Shown here piece after piece: positions 1-13,550 of a DNA stretch of 14,780 bases. Source of the DNA: an uncultured Verrucomicrobiae bacterium (GTDB taxonomy: Bacteria > Verrucomicrobiota > Verrucomicrobiia > Opitutales > JABDGR01). Under the pieces are notes generated by a model, which saw only the letters and a program-made list of their open reading frames with translations, searched no databases and was not told where the DNA came from. Made by a program: the position numbers and the translations under genes. The DNA is taken from positions 1 to 14,780 of the forward strand of contig CAVXVB010000006.1 of the NCBI GenBank assembly GCA_963765205.1. Reading direction: 5' to 3'. Positions within the stretch are counted from its first letter, which is position 1, and each line of letters begins with the position of its first letter.

Positions 1-3383
<3,383 letters not shown>

Positions 3384-3404
3384 GGTAATAGTGAGTAGTA
3401 AATA
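3384..3404. repeat. Short degenerate heptamer tandem array (GGTAATA GTGAGTA GTAAATA) abutting the rpoC start codon
   Basis: Three 7-nt units, AT-rich in a GC-rich background. The unit differs from the GAWTTAD arrays and has no inverted partner. Confidence 0.5.
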
Positions 3405-3463
3405 AACTGAATAAGGGATGAAGGGGCGCGCGGGGCGCGGAAGCAAAAACCGGGGCGGCGCGG

Positions 3464-7279
<3,816 letters not shown>

Positions 7280-7286
7280 GGGAGGA

Positions 7287-7315
7287 AAAGTAAGAATTAG
7301 GAATTAAGAATTAAG
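7287..7315. repeat. Solo GAWTTAD heptamer array upstream of rpoB
   Basis: AAAGTAA GAATTAG GAATTAA GAATTAA G, beginning 7 nt from the rpoB start codon. No inverted partner is visible near the rplL stop. Confidence 0.85.
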
Positions 7316-7445
7316 CAGGAAAGTGCGCGGCGGCGGCCCGCGCGATTCCGACGCAAAACGCGGCCCGGCAGCCCTGGCGCAATGCCAAGGCCGTCGGACC
7401 ACGGAGGAAAAATCGCAATGAGGATGCTCAGAGGCGGGTGAAGGG

Positions 7446-7841
7446 TTATTTGATCTCGACCGTCGCACCGGCGGCGGCGAGTTTCTTTTTGATGTCCTCG
7501 GCGTCGGCCTTGGACACGCCCTCCTTGAGGGTCTTGGGCGCACTTTCGACCAGTTCCTTGGCCTCTTTGAGGCCGAGGTTGGTGACGGCACGCACTTCCT
7601 TGATGACGCCAATTTTGTTCGCGCCGGCTTCCTTGAGGACGACGGTGAACTCCGTCTTTTCCTCGGCGGCGGCGGCAGGGGCCGCGGCGGCGGCGGCGGC
7701 GGGCGCGGCGGCGGCGGCGGCCACGGGGGCCGCGGCGCTGACGCCCCACTTGGTCTCGAGGGATTTGACGAGACCGGCGATTTCGAGGACAGACTGGTTG
7801 CTCAGCCACTCGACGACTTGATCCTTGGTGATATCGGACAT
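7446..7841 (-). CDS. rplL: 50S ribosomal protein L7/L12
   Basis: 131 aa with Ala-rich hinge and [10 protein letters not shown]...[27 protein letters not shown]...GATVEIK. SD-like AAGGAAG lies 8 nt before the ATG. Confidence 0.99.
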   Translation of the reverse strand: MSDITKDQVVEWLSNQSVLEIAGLVKSLETKWGVSAAAPVAAAAAAPAAAAAAAPAAAAEEKTEFTVVLKEAGANKIGVIKEVRAVTNLGLKEAKELVESAPKTLKEGVSKADAEDIKKKLAAAGATVEIK

Positions 7842-7850
7842 GTGATTAGC

Positions 7851-7920
7851 TTCCTTGAACGGTCAGCGCCCCGGAACGGAGCATTTAAGGACACCTTGTC
7901 CCTGACGGGGTTCTTCGGAA
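7851..7920 (-). promoter_or_regulatory. Structured leader RNA resembling the L10(L12)n-binding rRNA mimic (L10 leader), between rplJ and rplL
   Basis: mRNA reads UUCC GAA GAAC CCC GUCAG [GGACA AGG UGUCC] UUAAA [UGCUCCG UUC CGGGGCG] CUGAC C GUUC AA GGAA. Nested helices close a three-way junction with a UUAAA linker. Two G-U pairs work only on the - strand. Confidence 0.65.
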
Positions 7921-7960
7921 TGTTTAGGTTTGATGAAGAAATGAACGGAAAAGGCCAGCT

Positions 7961-8497
7961 CTACGCGGCGGCGGTCGGAGCCGGCGCGGCGGTTTCACTC
8001 TTGGCTTGCAGGACATTAAGGAGACTTTGCGGGACGCCTTGGAGCACGCGCACGAGGCTGGTGGCCGGGCCGGAGAGCAGGCCGAGCAGTTGCGCACGCA
8101 GGGTCTCGATGCCGGGCAGGGTGGAGAGGGCGACAACGTCGTCGGCGCTGAGACGGCTCTGGCCGAGCACGCCACCTTTGAGGGAGAGCTTTTCTTTGTC
8201 CTTGAAATACTTGGTGACGATTTTGGCGACCTCGCTGGGGTTGCGCCCGCCGACGATGATGGCCGTCTGGCCGGTGAGCCAGGTGGCGTCGAGTTGCGGG
8301 AGCTTGCGCTCGCGCGCGGCCACGTTGAGGATGCTGTTCTTGACGACGTGGTATTCAGCCTGGTGGGGGCGCAGGGAGGCGCGAATGTCCGCCGTGTCCG
8401 CCACGGTGACCTTGCGGTAATCGGTCAGGAACACGTAGGATGACTTGCCGAGGTGGCCGGCGACTTCATCCACGAGATATTTTTTTTCTGGGCGCAT
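7961..8497 (-). CDS. rplJ: 50S ribosomal protein L10
   Basis: 178 aa with DYRKVTV, YHVVKNSIL, LTGQTAI and LSTLPGIETLRAQLLGLL, located between rplA and rplL. Confidence 0.97.
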   Translation of the reverse strand: MRPEKKYLVDEVAGHLGKSSYVFLTDYRKVTVADTADIRASLRPHQAEYHVVKNSILNVAARERKLPQLDATWLTGQTAIIVGGRNPSEVAKIVTKYFKDKEKLSLKGGVLGQSRLSADDVVALSTLPGIETLRAQLLGLLSGPATSLVRVLQGVPQSLLNVLQAKSETAAPAPTAAA

Positions 8498-8506
8498 GGG
8501 AGGAAA

Positions 8507-8635
8507 ATTTTATGATTTAGGATTCAGGATTTATGAAGTAACGAAAAGGAACCAGGAATGATTCAGGGGAAATGGCTGCGGTTTGGCGTTGCTGATGGCT
8601 TTACTTCTTAATTCTTAATTCATAACTCTTAATTC
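8507..8635. repeat. Inverted pair of heptamer arrays (rplA-rplJ spacer)
   Basis: Left arm 8507-8541 ATTTTAT GATTTAG GATTCAG GATTTAT GAAGTAA. Right arm 8601-8635 TTACTTC TTAATTC TTAATTC ATAACTC TTAATTC. 24/35 complementary by manual count, innermost unit perfect, 59-nt spacer. Confidence 0.9.
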
Positions 8636-8639
8636 CTCT

Positions 8640-9332
8640 TTACAGGCTGCCATATTCCTTGGCGTCAATACGCACGGGGGGGCTCATGGAGGAGCTGAGG
8701 GTGAGGCTTTTGATGAACTTGCCTTTGGTGGATTCGGGCTTGGCCTTGCCGAGGGCCTCGAGCGCGGCGGCGGCGTTCTGCGCGAGCGCCTCGGGCGTGA
8801 AGGAGCGTTTGCCGACGACGATCGCGACGTTGGCGGTTTTGTCCATTTTAAACTCGACGCGCCCGGCTTTGACGGCTTTGACACCAGCCTTAACGTCATC
8901 CACCACGGTGCCCGACTTCGGGTTGGGCATGAGGCCCTTGGGGCCGAGGACGCGGGCGATGGAGCGGACGGACTTCATGGCGTTGGGCGTGGCGATGGCC
9001 ACGTCAAAATCCATCCAACCGTCGGTGATTTTCTTCATCAAATCGTCGAGACCGGCAAAGTCGGCGCCGGCCGCAGTGGCCTCGGCGGGATTTTCGGTGA
9101 AAACAAGGACGCGAACCTTGCGTCCGGAGCCATTGGGGAGGGCGACGGTGCCGCGCACGGTCTGGTCGGTCTGCTTCGGGTCAATCTCGAGGCGGGCCTG
9201 GAGCTCGACGGTTTCGTCAAACTTGGCGGTGGGCATGCGGCAGAGCAGGCCGATGGCGTCGGCCAGGCCAAGCGGCTTGGCGAGGTCGCCGGCGGCCTGC
9301 GCTTTTTTGTAACGTTTGCTGAGTTTGACCAT
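8640..9332 (-). CDS. rplA: 50S ribosomal protein L1
   Basis: 230 aa with KFDETVE, VRGTVALPNGSG, RVLGPKGLMPNPKSGTV and KAGRVEFK. Confidence 0.99.
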   Translation of the reverse strand: MVKLSKRYKKAQAAGDLAKPLGLADAIGLLCRMPTAKFDETVELQARLEIDPKQTDQTVRGTVALPNGSGRKVRVLVFTENPAEATAAGADFAGLDDLMKKITDGWMDFDVAIATPNAMKSVRSIARVLGPKGLMPNPKSGTVVDDVKAGVKAVKAGRVEFKMDKTANVAIVVGKRSFTPEALAQNAAAALEALGKAKPESTKGKFIKSLTLSSSMSPPVRIDAKEYGSL

Positions 9333-9334
9333 GG

Positions 9335-9459
9335 GAATTGGAAATTAAGAATTAAGAAAGAAAAATTAAAAAAAGCGTGGATGGTGAAGTTGCCGACGGT
9401 GAGTCGATTGGAAAGTGGAAGAAGGAATTTTACTTTTGAATTTTTTTAATTCTTACTTA
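9335..9459. repeat. Degenerate inverted pair of heptamer arrays (rplK-rplA spacer)
   Basis: Left arm 9335-9369 GAATTGG AAATTAA GAATTAA GAAAGAA AAATTAA. Right arm 9430-9459 TTACTTT TGAATTT tt TTAATTC TTACTTA, the last unit overlapping the rplK stop. 60-nt spacer. Confidence 0.75.
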
Positions 9460-9882
9460 GTCTTCGACGATGATCCCCATCTGGCGGGCGGTGCCGGCGA
9501 TCATGCGGGCGGCGGCCTCGAGGTTGGGCGTATTGAGGTCCTTCATCTTCAACTGGGCGATTTCGAGGACTTGCTTTTTCGTGACCTTGCCGACTTTTTC
9601 GCGGTTGGGCGTCTTCGAGCCGGAGGCGATGTTGGCGGCTTTCTTGAGCAGGTTGCTGGCCGGGGGGGACTTGAGGATGAAGGTGAAGGACTTGTCGGCA
9701 AAAACCGTGATGACGACGGGCAGGATCATCCCGGCCTGCTCCTTGGTGCGGGCGTTGAAGTCCTTGCAAAAGCCCATGATGTTGACGCCGTGCGCGCCCA
9801 AGGCCGGGCCGACGGGCGGCGCGGGGTTGGCGGCGCCGGCGGGCAACTGCAAGCGGATCATTCCGGTGATTTTTTTGGCCAT
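9457..9882 (-). CDS. rplK: 50S ribosomal protein L11
   Basis: 141 aa with [32 protein letters not shown] and [10 protein letters not shown]. Confidence 0.99.
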   Translation of the reverse strand: MAKKITGMIRLQLPAGAANPAPPVGPALGAHGVNIMGFCKDFNARTKEQAGMILPVVITVFADKSFTFILKSPPASNLLKKAANIASGSKTPNREKVGKVTKKQVLEIAQLKMKDLNTPNLEAAARMIAGTARQMGIIVED

Positions 9883-9891
9883 GGGAAAAGA

Positions 9892-10025
9892 GGTTTATGA
9901 ATTAAGATTTATGAATTAGGAAACGGCGGTAAATTGGGCGCTGGGAGAAGTAAAGATGAATCAGAGCGGAGCCATGCATGATGGATGGTTGCATTTCATA
10001 ATTCTTAAATCATAATTCCTAATTA
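9892..10025. repeat. Inverted pair of heptamer arrays (nusG-rplK spacer)
   Basis: Left arm 9892-9923 GGTTTAT GAATTAA GATTTAT GAATTAG GAAA. Right arm 9994-10025 TTTC ATAATTC TTAAATC ATAATTC CTAATTA. The inner 25 nt are 22/25 complementary. 70-nt spacer. Confidence 0.92.
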
Positions 10026-10027
10026 AA

Positions 10028-10630
10028 TTAGCTCTGCTCCATCTTCTCGACCTGCCAGTATTCCAACTCGACGGGCGTGAAGCGTCCGAAAATGGGCACC
10101 GAGACCTTGAGTTTGCCGCGCGCGGGGTCGGCCTCGTCTATGCGCCCGGTGAGGTTGTGGAAGGGGCCATCGGTGATTTTGACTTCCTGGCCGACAGCGT
10201 ATTCGATCTTCGGCTTTTCCTTGCCCTGGGCTTCCTGCACCTGGGTGATGATGCGGTCAATTTCGCTTTGCTTGAGCGGGATGGGGCGCTCGTCGCCGAT
10301 GAAGTTGATGACCCCCTGCACCCCGCGCACGAAATACCACGGGCGCTGGAGGATTTTGTCGTCGGCGTCGTAAAGGCGCATCCGGATAAAGACGTAGCCG
10401 GGGTAGAATTTGCGAATCTTGGTGTTTTTGCGGCCATTCTTGATTTCGGTGACCGTTTCCGAGGGCACCAGCACTTCAAGCACAGAGTCGCCCATTTCCT
10501 CGACCTGGGTGAACTTGTCGAGGTATTGCTTCACCTTCCCCTCCATGTTGGAGAAGGTTTGCAGCGCATACCAGCGCGGCTCGCTGAGCGAGGCGGCGGC
10601 GGGTGCGGGGGAAATGGCGGATTCGGGCAT
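10028..10630 (-). CDS. nusG: Transcription termination/antitermination factor NusG (200 aa)
   Basis: RWYALQTFSNMEGKV, KFYPGYVFIRM and KOW domain GQEVKITDGPFHNLTGRI...IFGRFTPVELEY. Start set to ATG 10630 (MPESAISP) because the 265-aa ORF overlaps secE. Confidence 0.96.
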   Translation of the reverse strand: MPESAISPAPAAASLSEPRWYALQTFSNMEGKVKQYLDKFTQVEEMGDSVLEVLVPSETVTEIKNGRKNTKIRKFYPGYVFIRMRLYDADDKILQRPWYFVRGVQGVINFIGDERPIPLKQSEIDRIITQVQEAQGKEKPKIEYAVGQEVKITDGPFHNLTGRIDEADPARGKLKVSVPIFGRFTPVELEYWQVEKMEQS

Positions 10631-10647
10631 GAAACGGGGGGCGCGGC

Positions 10648-10881
10648 TTACTTGCCGGCGGCTTGATTGGTGAAAAAGGTCATCAATTGGCCAAGGAAGA
10701 AATCGAGCACGCTGATATAGCCACCCAGCAGAATGACGGTGATGATAACCAGCGTGGTCGAGTCGCGCAGTTCCAGCCAACTGGGCCAGGTGGCCTTGCG
10801 CAACTCTTCCATCGTCTCGCTCCAAAAACGGGCGACGCGGCGGAAGGGGTTGCGCTGGGGGGCTTTGGCAAGTGCGGCCAT
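10648..10881 (-). CDS. secE: Preprotein translocase subunit SecE (single TM type)
   Basis: 77 aa with FWSETMEELRKATWPSWLELRDSTTLVII followed by a hydrophobic helix, in the canonical trnW-secE-nusG position. Confidence 0.96.
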   Translation of the reverse strand: MAALAKAPQRNPFRRVARFWSETMEELRKATWPSWLELRDSTTLVIITVILLGGYISVLDFFLGQLMTFFTNQAAGK

Positions 10882-10890
10882 GGGAGGGGA

Positions 10891-10987
10891 GATTTAGGAA
10901 TTGGGAATTATGATTTATGAAACGTCGGAGGCGGCAGGTCGGCGGGCTGGAAAAACTTCTTAAATCATAAATTTGAAATCATAAATC
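10891..10987. repeat. Inverted pair of heptamer arrays (tRNA-Trp-secE spacer)
   Basis: Left arm 10891-10922 GATTTAG GAATTGG GAATTAT GATTTAT GAAA. Right arm 10953-10987 AAACTTC TTAAATC ATAAATT TGAAATC ATAAATC. 24/32 complementary, 30-nt GC-rich spacer. Confidence 0.9.
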
Positions 10988-11050
10988 GGGCGAGGGAGGC
11001 ACACGGCGCAGAAATCGTTGCGCCGTCGAAGTGGCGGAAGCTCAAATGGG

Positions 11051-11123
11051 CAGGGGCGGGGGGACTTGAACCCACAACCAACGGTTTTGGAGACCGCTAC
11101 TCTACCAATTGAGCTACGCCCCT
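11051..11123 (-). tRNA. trnW: tRNA-Trp (CCA)
   Basis: AGGGGCG TA GCTC AATTGGTA GAGT A GCGGT CTCCAAA ACCGT TGGTT GTGGG TTCAAGT CCCCC CGCCCCT G folds as a cloverleaf with anticodon CCA. It starts 4 nt after the tuf stop and is followed by CCCA rather than an exact CCA. Confidence 0.97.
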
Positions 11124-11127
11124 GTGG

Positions 11128-12318
11128 TTACTTGGTGATTTCAGTGACGCGGCCGGCGCCGATGGTGCGGCCGCCTTCGCGGATGGCGAAGCGCTGGCCT
11201 TTTTCCAAGGCCGTGGGTTTCTGCAATTCGATCTCCATGGCCAGATTGTCGCCCGGCATCACCATCTCGACCCCCTTGGGCAGGGCGCAGACGCCGGTGA
11301 CGTCGGCGGTGCCGATGAAGAACTGCGGCCGGTAGTTGGTGAAGAAGGGGGTGTGGCGGCCGCCTTCGTCCTTGGTCAGGACGTAAACTTCGGCCATGAA
11401 CTTGGTGTGGGGGGTGATGGTGCCCGGCTTGGCCAGGACCTGGCCGCGCGAAACCTGCTCTTTTTCCACGCCGCGCAGCAGCACGCCGACGTTGTCGCCC
11501 GCCTGGGCTTCGTCGAGGAGCTTGCGGAACATTTCGAGGCCGGTGACGGTGGTCTTCATCGTGTCCGCGAGGCCCACGATTTCGAGTTCCTCGTTGACCT
11601 TGACTTTGCCGCGTTCGACACGGCCGGTGGCCACGGTGCCGCGGCCGGTGATGGAGAACACGTCTTCGACGGCCATCATAAAGGGCTTGTCCACGTCGCG
11701 CACGGGGGTGGGCACATCTTTGTCCACGGCGTCGAGCAGGGCGCCGATGGCCTTGACGCCTTCGGGCTTGCCTTCCAAGGCCGCGATGGCGGAACCACGA
11801 ATGATGGTGGTGTTGTTGCCGTCAAATTTGTATTTGGTGAGCAGGTCGCGGATTTCCAGTTCGACGAGGTCGAGCAGATCCGGGTCGTCGAGCAAGTCCA
11901 CCTTGTTGATGAACACGACGATGGCGGGGACGCCGACCTGGCGGGCGAGGAGGATGTGCTCGCGGGTCTGGGGCATGGCGCCGTCGGCGGCGCTGACGAC
12001 GAGGATTGCGCCATCCATCTGGGCGGCGCCGGTGATCATGTTCTTGACGAAGTCGGCGTGGCCCGGGCAGTCCACGTGGGCGTAGTGGCGCTTCTCGGTC
12101 TCGTATTCGACGTGCGCGACGGCGATGGTGACGATCTTGGAGGCGTCACGCACGGTGCCGCCCTTCGCGATATCCGCGTAGGACTTGAAGACCGCCAACT
12201 TCTTGTCGGACTGGACTTTGAGCAGCGCCGTGGTCAGCGTCGTTTTGCCGTGGTCAACGTGGCCGATGGTGCCGACATTGACGTGGGGCTTGGTGCGATT
12301 GAAGTTTTCTTTAGCCAT
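11128..12318 (-). CDS. tuf: Elongation factor Tu (396 aa)
   Basis: [54 protein letters not shown] and [14 protein letters not shown]. Start set to ATG 12318 because the 425-aa ORF extends into tRNA-Thr. Confidence 0.99.
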   Translation of the reverse strand: MAKENFNRTKPHVNVGTIGHVDHGKTTLTTALLKVQSDKKLAVFKSYADIAKGGTVRDASKIVTIAVAHVEYETEKRHYAHVDCPGHADFVKNMITGAAQMDGAILVVSAADGAMPQTREHILLARQVGVPAIVVFINKVDLLDDPDLLDLVELEIRDLLTKYKFDGNNTTIIRGSAIAALEGKPEGVKAIGALLDAVDKDVPTPVRDVDKPFMMAVEDVFSITGRGTVATGRVERGKVKVNEELEIVGLADTMKTTVTGLEMFRKLLDEAQAGDNVGVLLRGVEKEQVSRGQVLAKPGTITPHTKFMAEVYVLTKDEGGRHTPFFTNYRPQFFIGTADVTGVCALPKGVEMVMPGDNLAMEIELQKPTALEKGQRFAIREGGRTIGAGRVTEITK

Positions 12319-12360
12319 GGTGGGATCGAGGAGATGGGTTGCGCGCGACGTGAACCTTCC

Positions 12361-12436
12361 TGGAGCCCCCGAACGGATTTGAACCGTCGACCTCGTCCTT
12401 ACCAAGGACGCGCTCTGCCAACTGAGCTACAGGGGC
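12361..12436 (-). tRNA. trnT: tRNA-Thr (GGT)
   Basis: GCCCCTG TA GCTC AGTTGGCA GAGC G CGTCC TTGGTAA GGACG AGGTC GACGG TTCAAAT CCGTT CGGGGGC T CCA. 76 nt, encoded CCA, usual position before tuf. Confidence 0.98.
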
Positions 12437-12486
12437 CCGCCGAAAGGGAAGCCCGGTCGCCCGGGCGCTTCGTAGGGAAAGGGTTT

Positions 12487-12514
12487 ACGCTATCCTTATC
12501 CAAAATTCCGTCAA
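12487..12514 (-). promoter_or_regulatory. Candidate sigma70-type promoter for the trnT-tuf operon
   Basis: TTGACG (12514-12509), 16-nt spacer, TAGCGT (12492-12487), about 50 nt upstream of tRNA-Thr. Confidence 0.5.
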
Positions 12515-12636
12515 GCCCTATTTTCACCCGCGCGCGAAAGCATTTTTTGGGCCAAAAACACCCACCTCCCTTACGCTTGCGAAAAGGGGGCGAACCACCG
12601 GTCAATCTAACCCCCAAAGGGATGGCTGGCCAGCCC

Positions 12637-12668
12637 CAAATTTGGGTAACAACATACTTGACGCAGTG
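12637..12668. repeat. TSD CAAATTTG (12637-12644) plus transposase-distal TIR GGTAACAACATACTTGACGCAGTG (12645-12668)
   Basis: Matches the reverse complement of 14647-14670 (GGCAATAATATACTTGACACAGTG) at 20/24 positions. Confidence 0.92.
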
Positions 12669-12713
12669 AACGCTAACCAACCATACACCGGGCCAACAGC
12701 CGCGTTGCGGCGG

Positions 12714-12857
12714 CTAGACCCTCTTTTTCAAGGCCCGCGGCGGGGCCTTGCGGAGTTGGGCGCGGGCGTCGGCGGCCGCCTTGGGGACGGCAATCACCCG
12801 GCGCGCCAGCTCGCGGAAGCGGTCAAACGCTTCGTTCGTGGGTTGCGCTTTGGTCAT
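12714..12857 (-). CDS. Small basic 47-aa protein inside the IS (MTKAQPTNEAFDRFRELARRVIAVPKAAADARAQLRKAPPRALKKRV)
   Basis: ATG 12857 to TAG 12714, GC-rich third codon positions, host-like CTCTTTCCC-ATG start context, 9 nt downstream of the passenger stop. It is not in the ORF track, probably because it is too short. Confidence 0.7.
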   Translation of the reverse strand: MTKAQPTNEAFDRFRELARRVIAVPKAAADARAQLRKAPPRALKKRV

Positions 12858-12866
12858 GGGAAAGAG

Positions 12867-13550
12867 CTAGTTCTCATCATGCTCTTCATTATGAGGCCCA
12901 GTGGCACGAAAATCCAAAGGGGCGTCAGCATCGGGAATAAATACATAGCAAAAATCAAAAACATGGCGATGTCCGTAAGTATCGCTATAGTGAATTTCTC
13001 CAATCATAAAAACCGAGTTTTTTTTGAGAAAATCTTCGCTGAATGTGATTTTGTCGGCGTGACTCAGTGCATTGGCCTCTTGCCCTGGCGCAAGGATTCC
13101 CACCGCCTCCAAACCCGACCCGCTTGGATTGAGCTTGGAACTAATGGCATAATTAGCATTTTCCGGCAATGCACCGACTTTTTCGCCGTCTTTGATTGGA
13201 GCAGAATAATATCCCGTTCGCACGTCAACGTTATACGCATTTGTTTGCCCAAAATTTTTAATTTTCACAATAAATCCCCTGATATTAACCTCTGTATCGT
13301 TGTCAGGCTTTGGGGCGTAATCAAAAGACACTCCCTCAATTCCAATATACGCTCGAAGTTGTTTTTGAGCTGTATTCTGAGTGTTTATGAGTGTGTTATA
13401 TGATATTACGTCATACGCGAATTGCGCCAATAACGTGCCAATAACGGCAGCAAATCCCATGAACTCAATTTCCACTTTTCGGCGTCGCCATAAACGCCTA
13501 AACCATCGCCCAAACTTATACCGCCAGCGCCCCAATAGTGACGTGGGCAT
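12867..13550 (-). CDS. Low-GC passenger gene, putative single-pass membrane protein of unknown function
   Basis: Basic N-terminus (RWFRRLWRRRK), hydrophobic segment FMGFAAVIGTLLAQFAY, then a beta-rich-looking domain (QLRAYIGI, IKNFGQTNA, GEIHYSDTYGHRHVFDFCY). ATG 13550 gives 227 aa; the alternative TTG start at 13625 gives 252 aa. Confidence 0.75.
   Translation of the reverse strand: MPTSLLGRWRYKFGRWFRRLWRRRKVEIEFMGFAAVIGTLLAQFAYDVISYNTLINTQNTAQKQLRAYIGIEGVSFDYAPKPDNDTEVNIRGFIVKIKNFGQTNAYNVDVRTGYYSAPIKDGEKVGALPENANYAISSKLNPSGSGLEAVGILAPGQEANALSHADKITFSEDFLKKNSVFMIGEIHYSDTYGHRHVFDFCYVFIPDADAPLDFRATGPHNEEHDEN

Noticed and set aside
7663..7740. GCG/GCC trinucleotide-like run
   Set aside because: Encodes the ordinary Ala-rich L12 hinge.
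9901..9993. 30-codon ORF MQPSIMHGSALIHLYFSQRPIYRRFLIHKS in the nusG-rplK cassette spacer
   Set aside because: Too short, no recognisable motif, and I noticed no similar peptide in the other spacers. It may be eroded cargo but cannot be supported.
10631..10825. 65-aa N-terminal extension of NusG in the ORF track
   Set aside because: Overlaps secE in another frame. ATG 10630 gives a normal NusG.
8507..10987. Heptamer arrays as CRISPR repeats or intrinsic terminators
   Set aside because: No 23-47 nt identical repeats with regular spacers and no cas genes. The stems are AU-rich and imperfect with long loops, unlike GC hairpin plus U-tract terminators.
11003..11026. Hairpin ACGGCGCA-N8-TGCGCCGT downstream of tRNA-Trp
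   Set aside because: No U-tract on the transcribed strand, so it is not called a terminator. It could be a processing or stability hairpin but this is unsupported.
11047..11075. tRNA-Trp U-C mismatch in the T-stem and CCCA instead of CCA
   Set aside because: Single mismatches and non-encoded CCA are common. The rest of the cloverleaf and the synteny are intact, so it is not a pseudogene, and I saw no duplicated tRNA 3' end marking an att site.
12319..12405. 29-aa N-terminal extension of EF-Tu
   Set aside because: Lies partly within tRNA-Thr. The canonical MAKE start is at 12318.
11353..12669. 438-aa + strand ORF
   Set aside because: Antisense to tuf, and it runs through tRNA-Thr and the IS end. 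Shadow ORF.
12642..13403. 253-aa + strand ORF across the IS end
   Set aside because: In-register antisense of the passenger and the small ORF, starts in the TSD, and spans regions of different composition.
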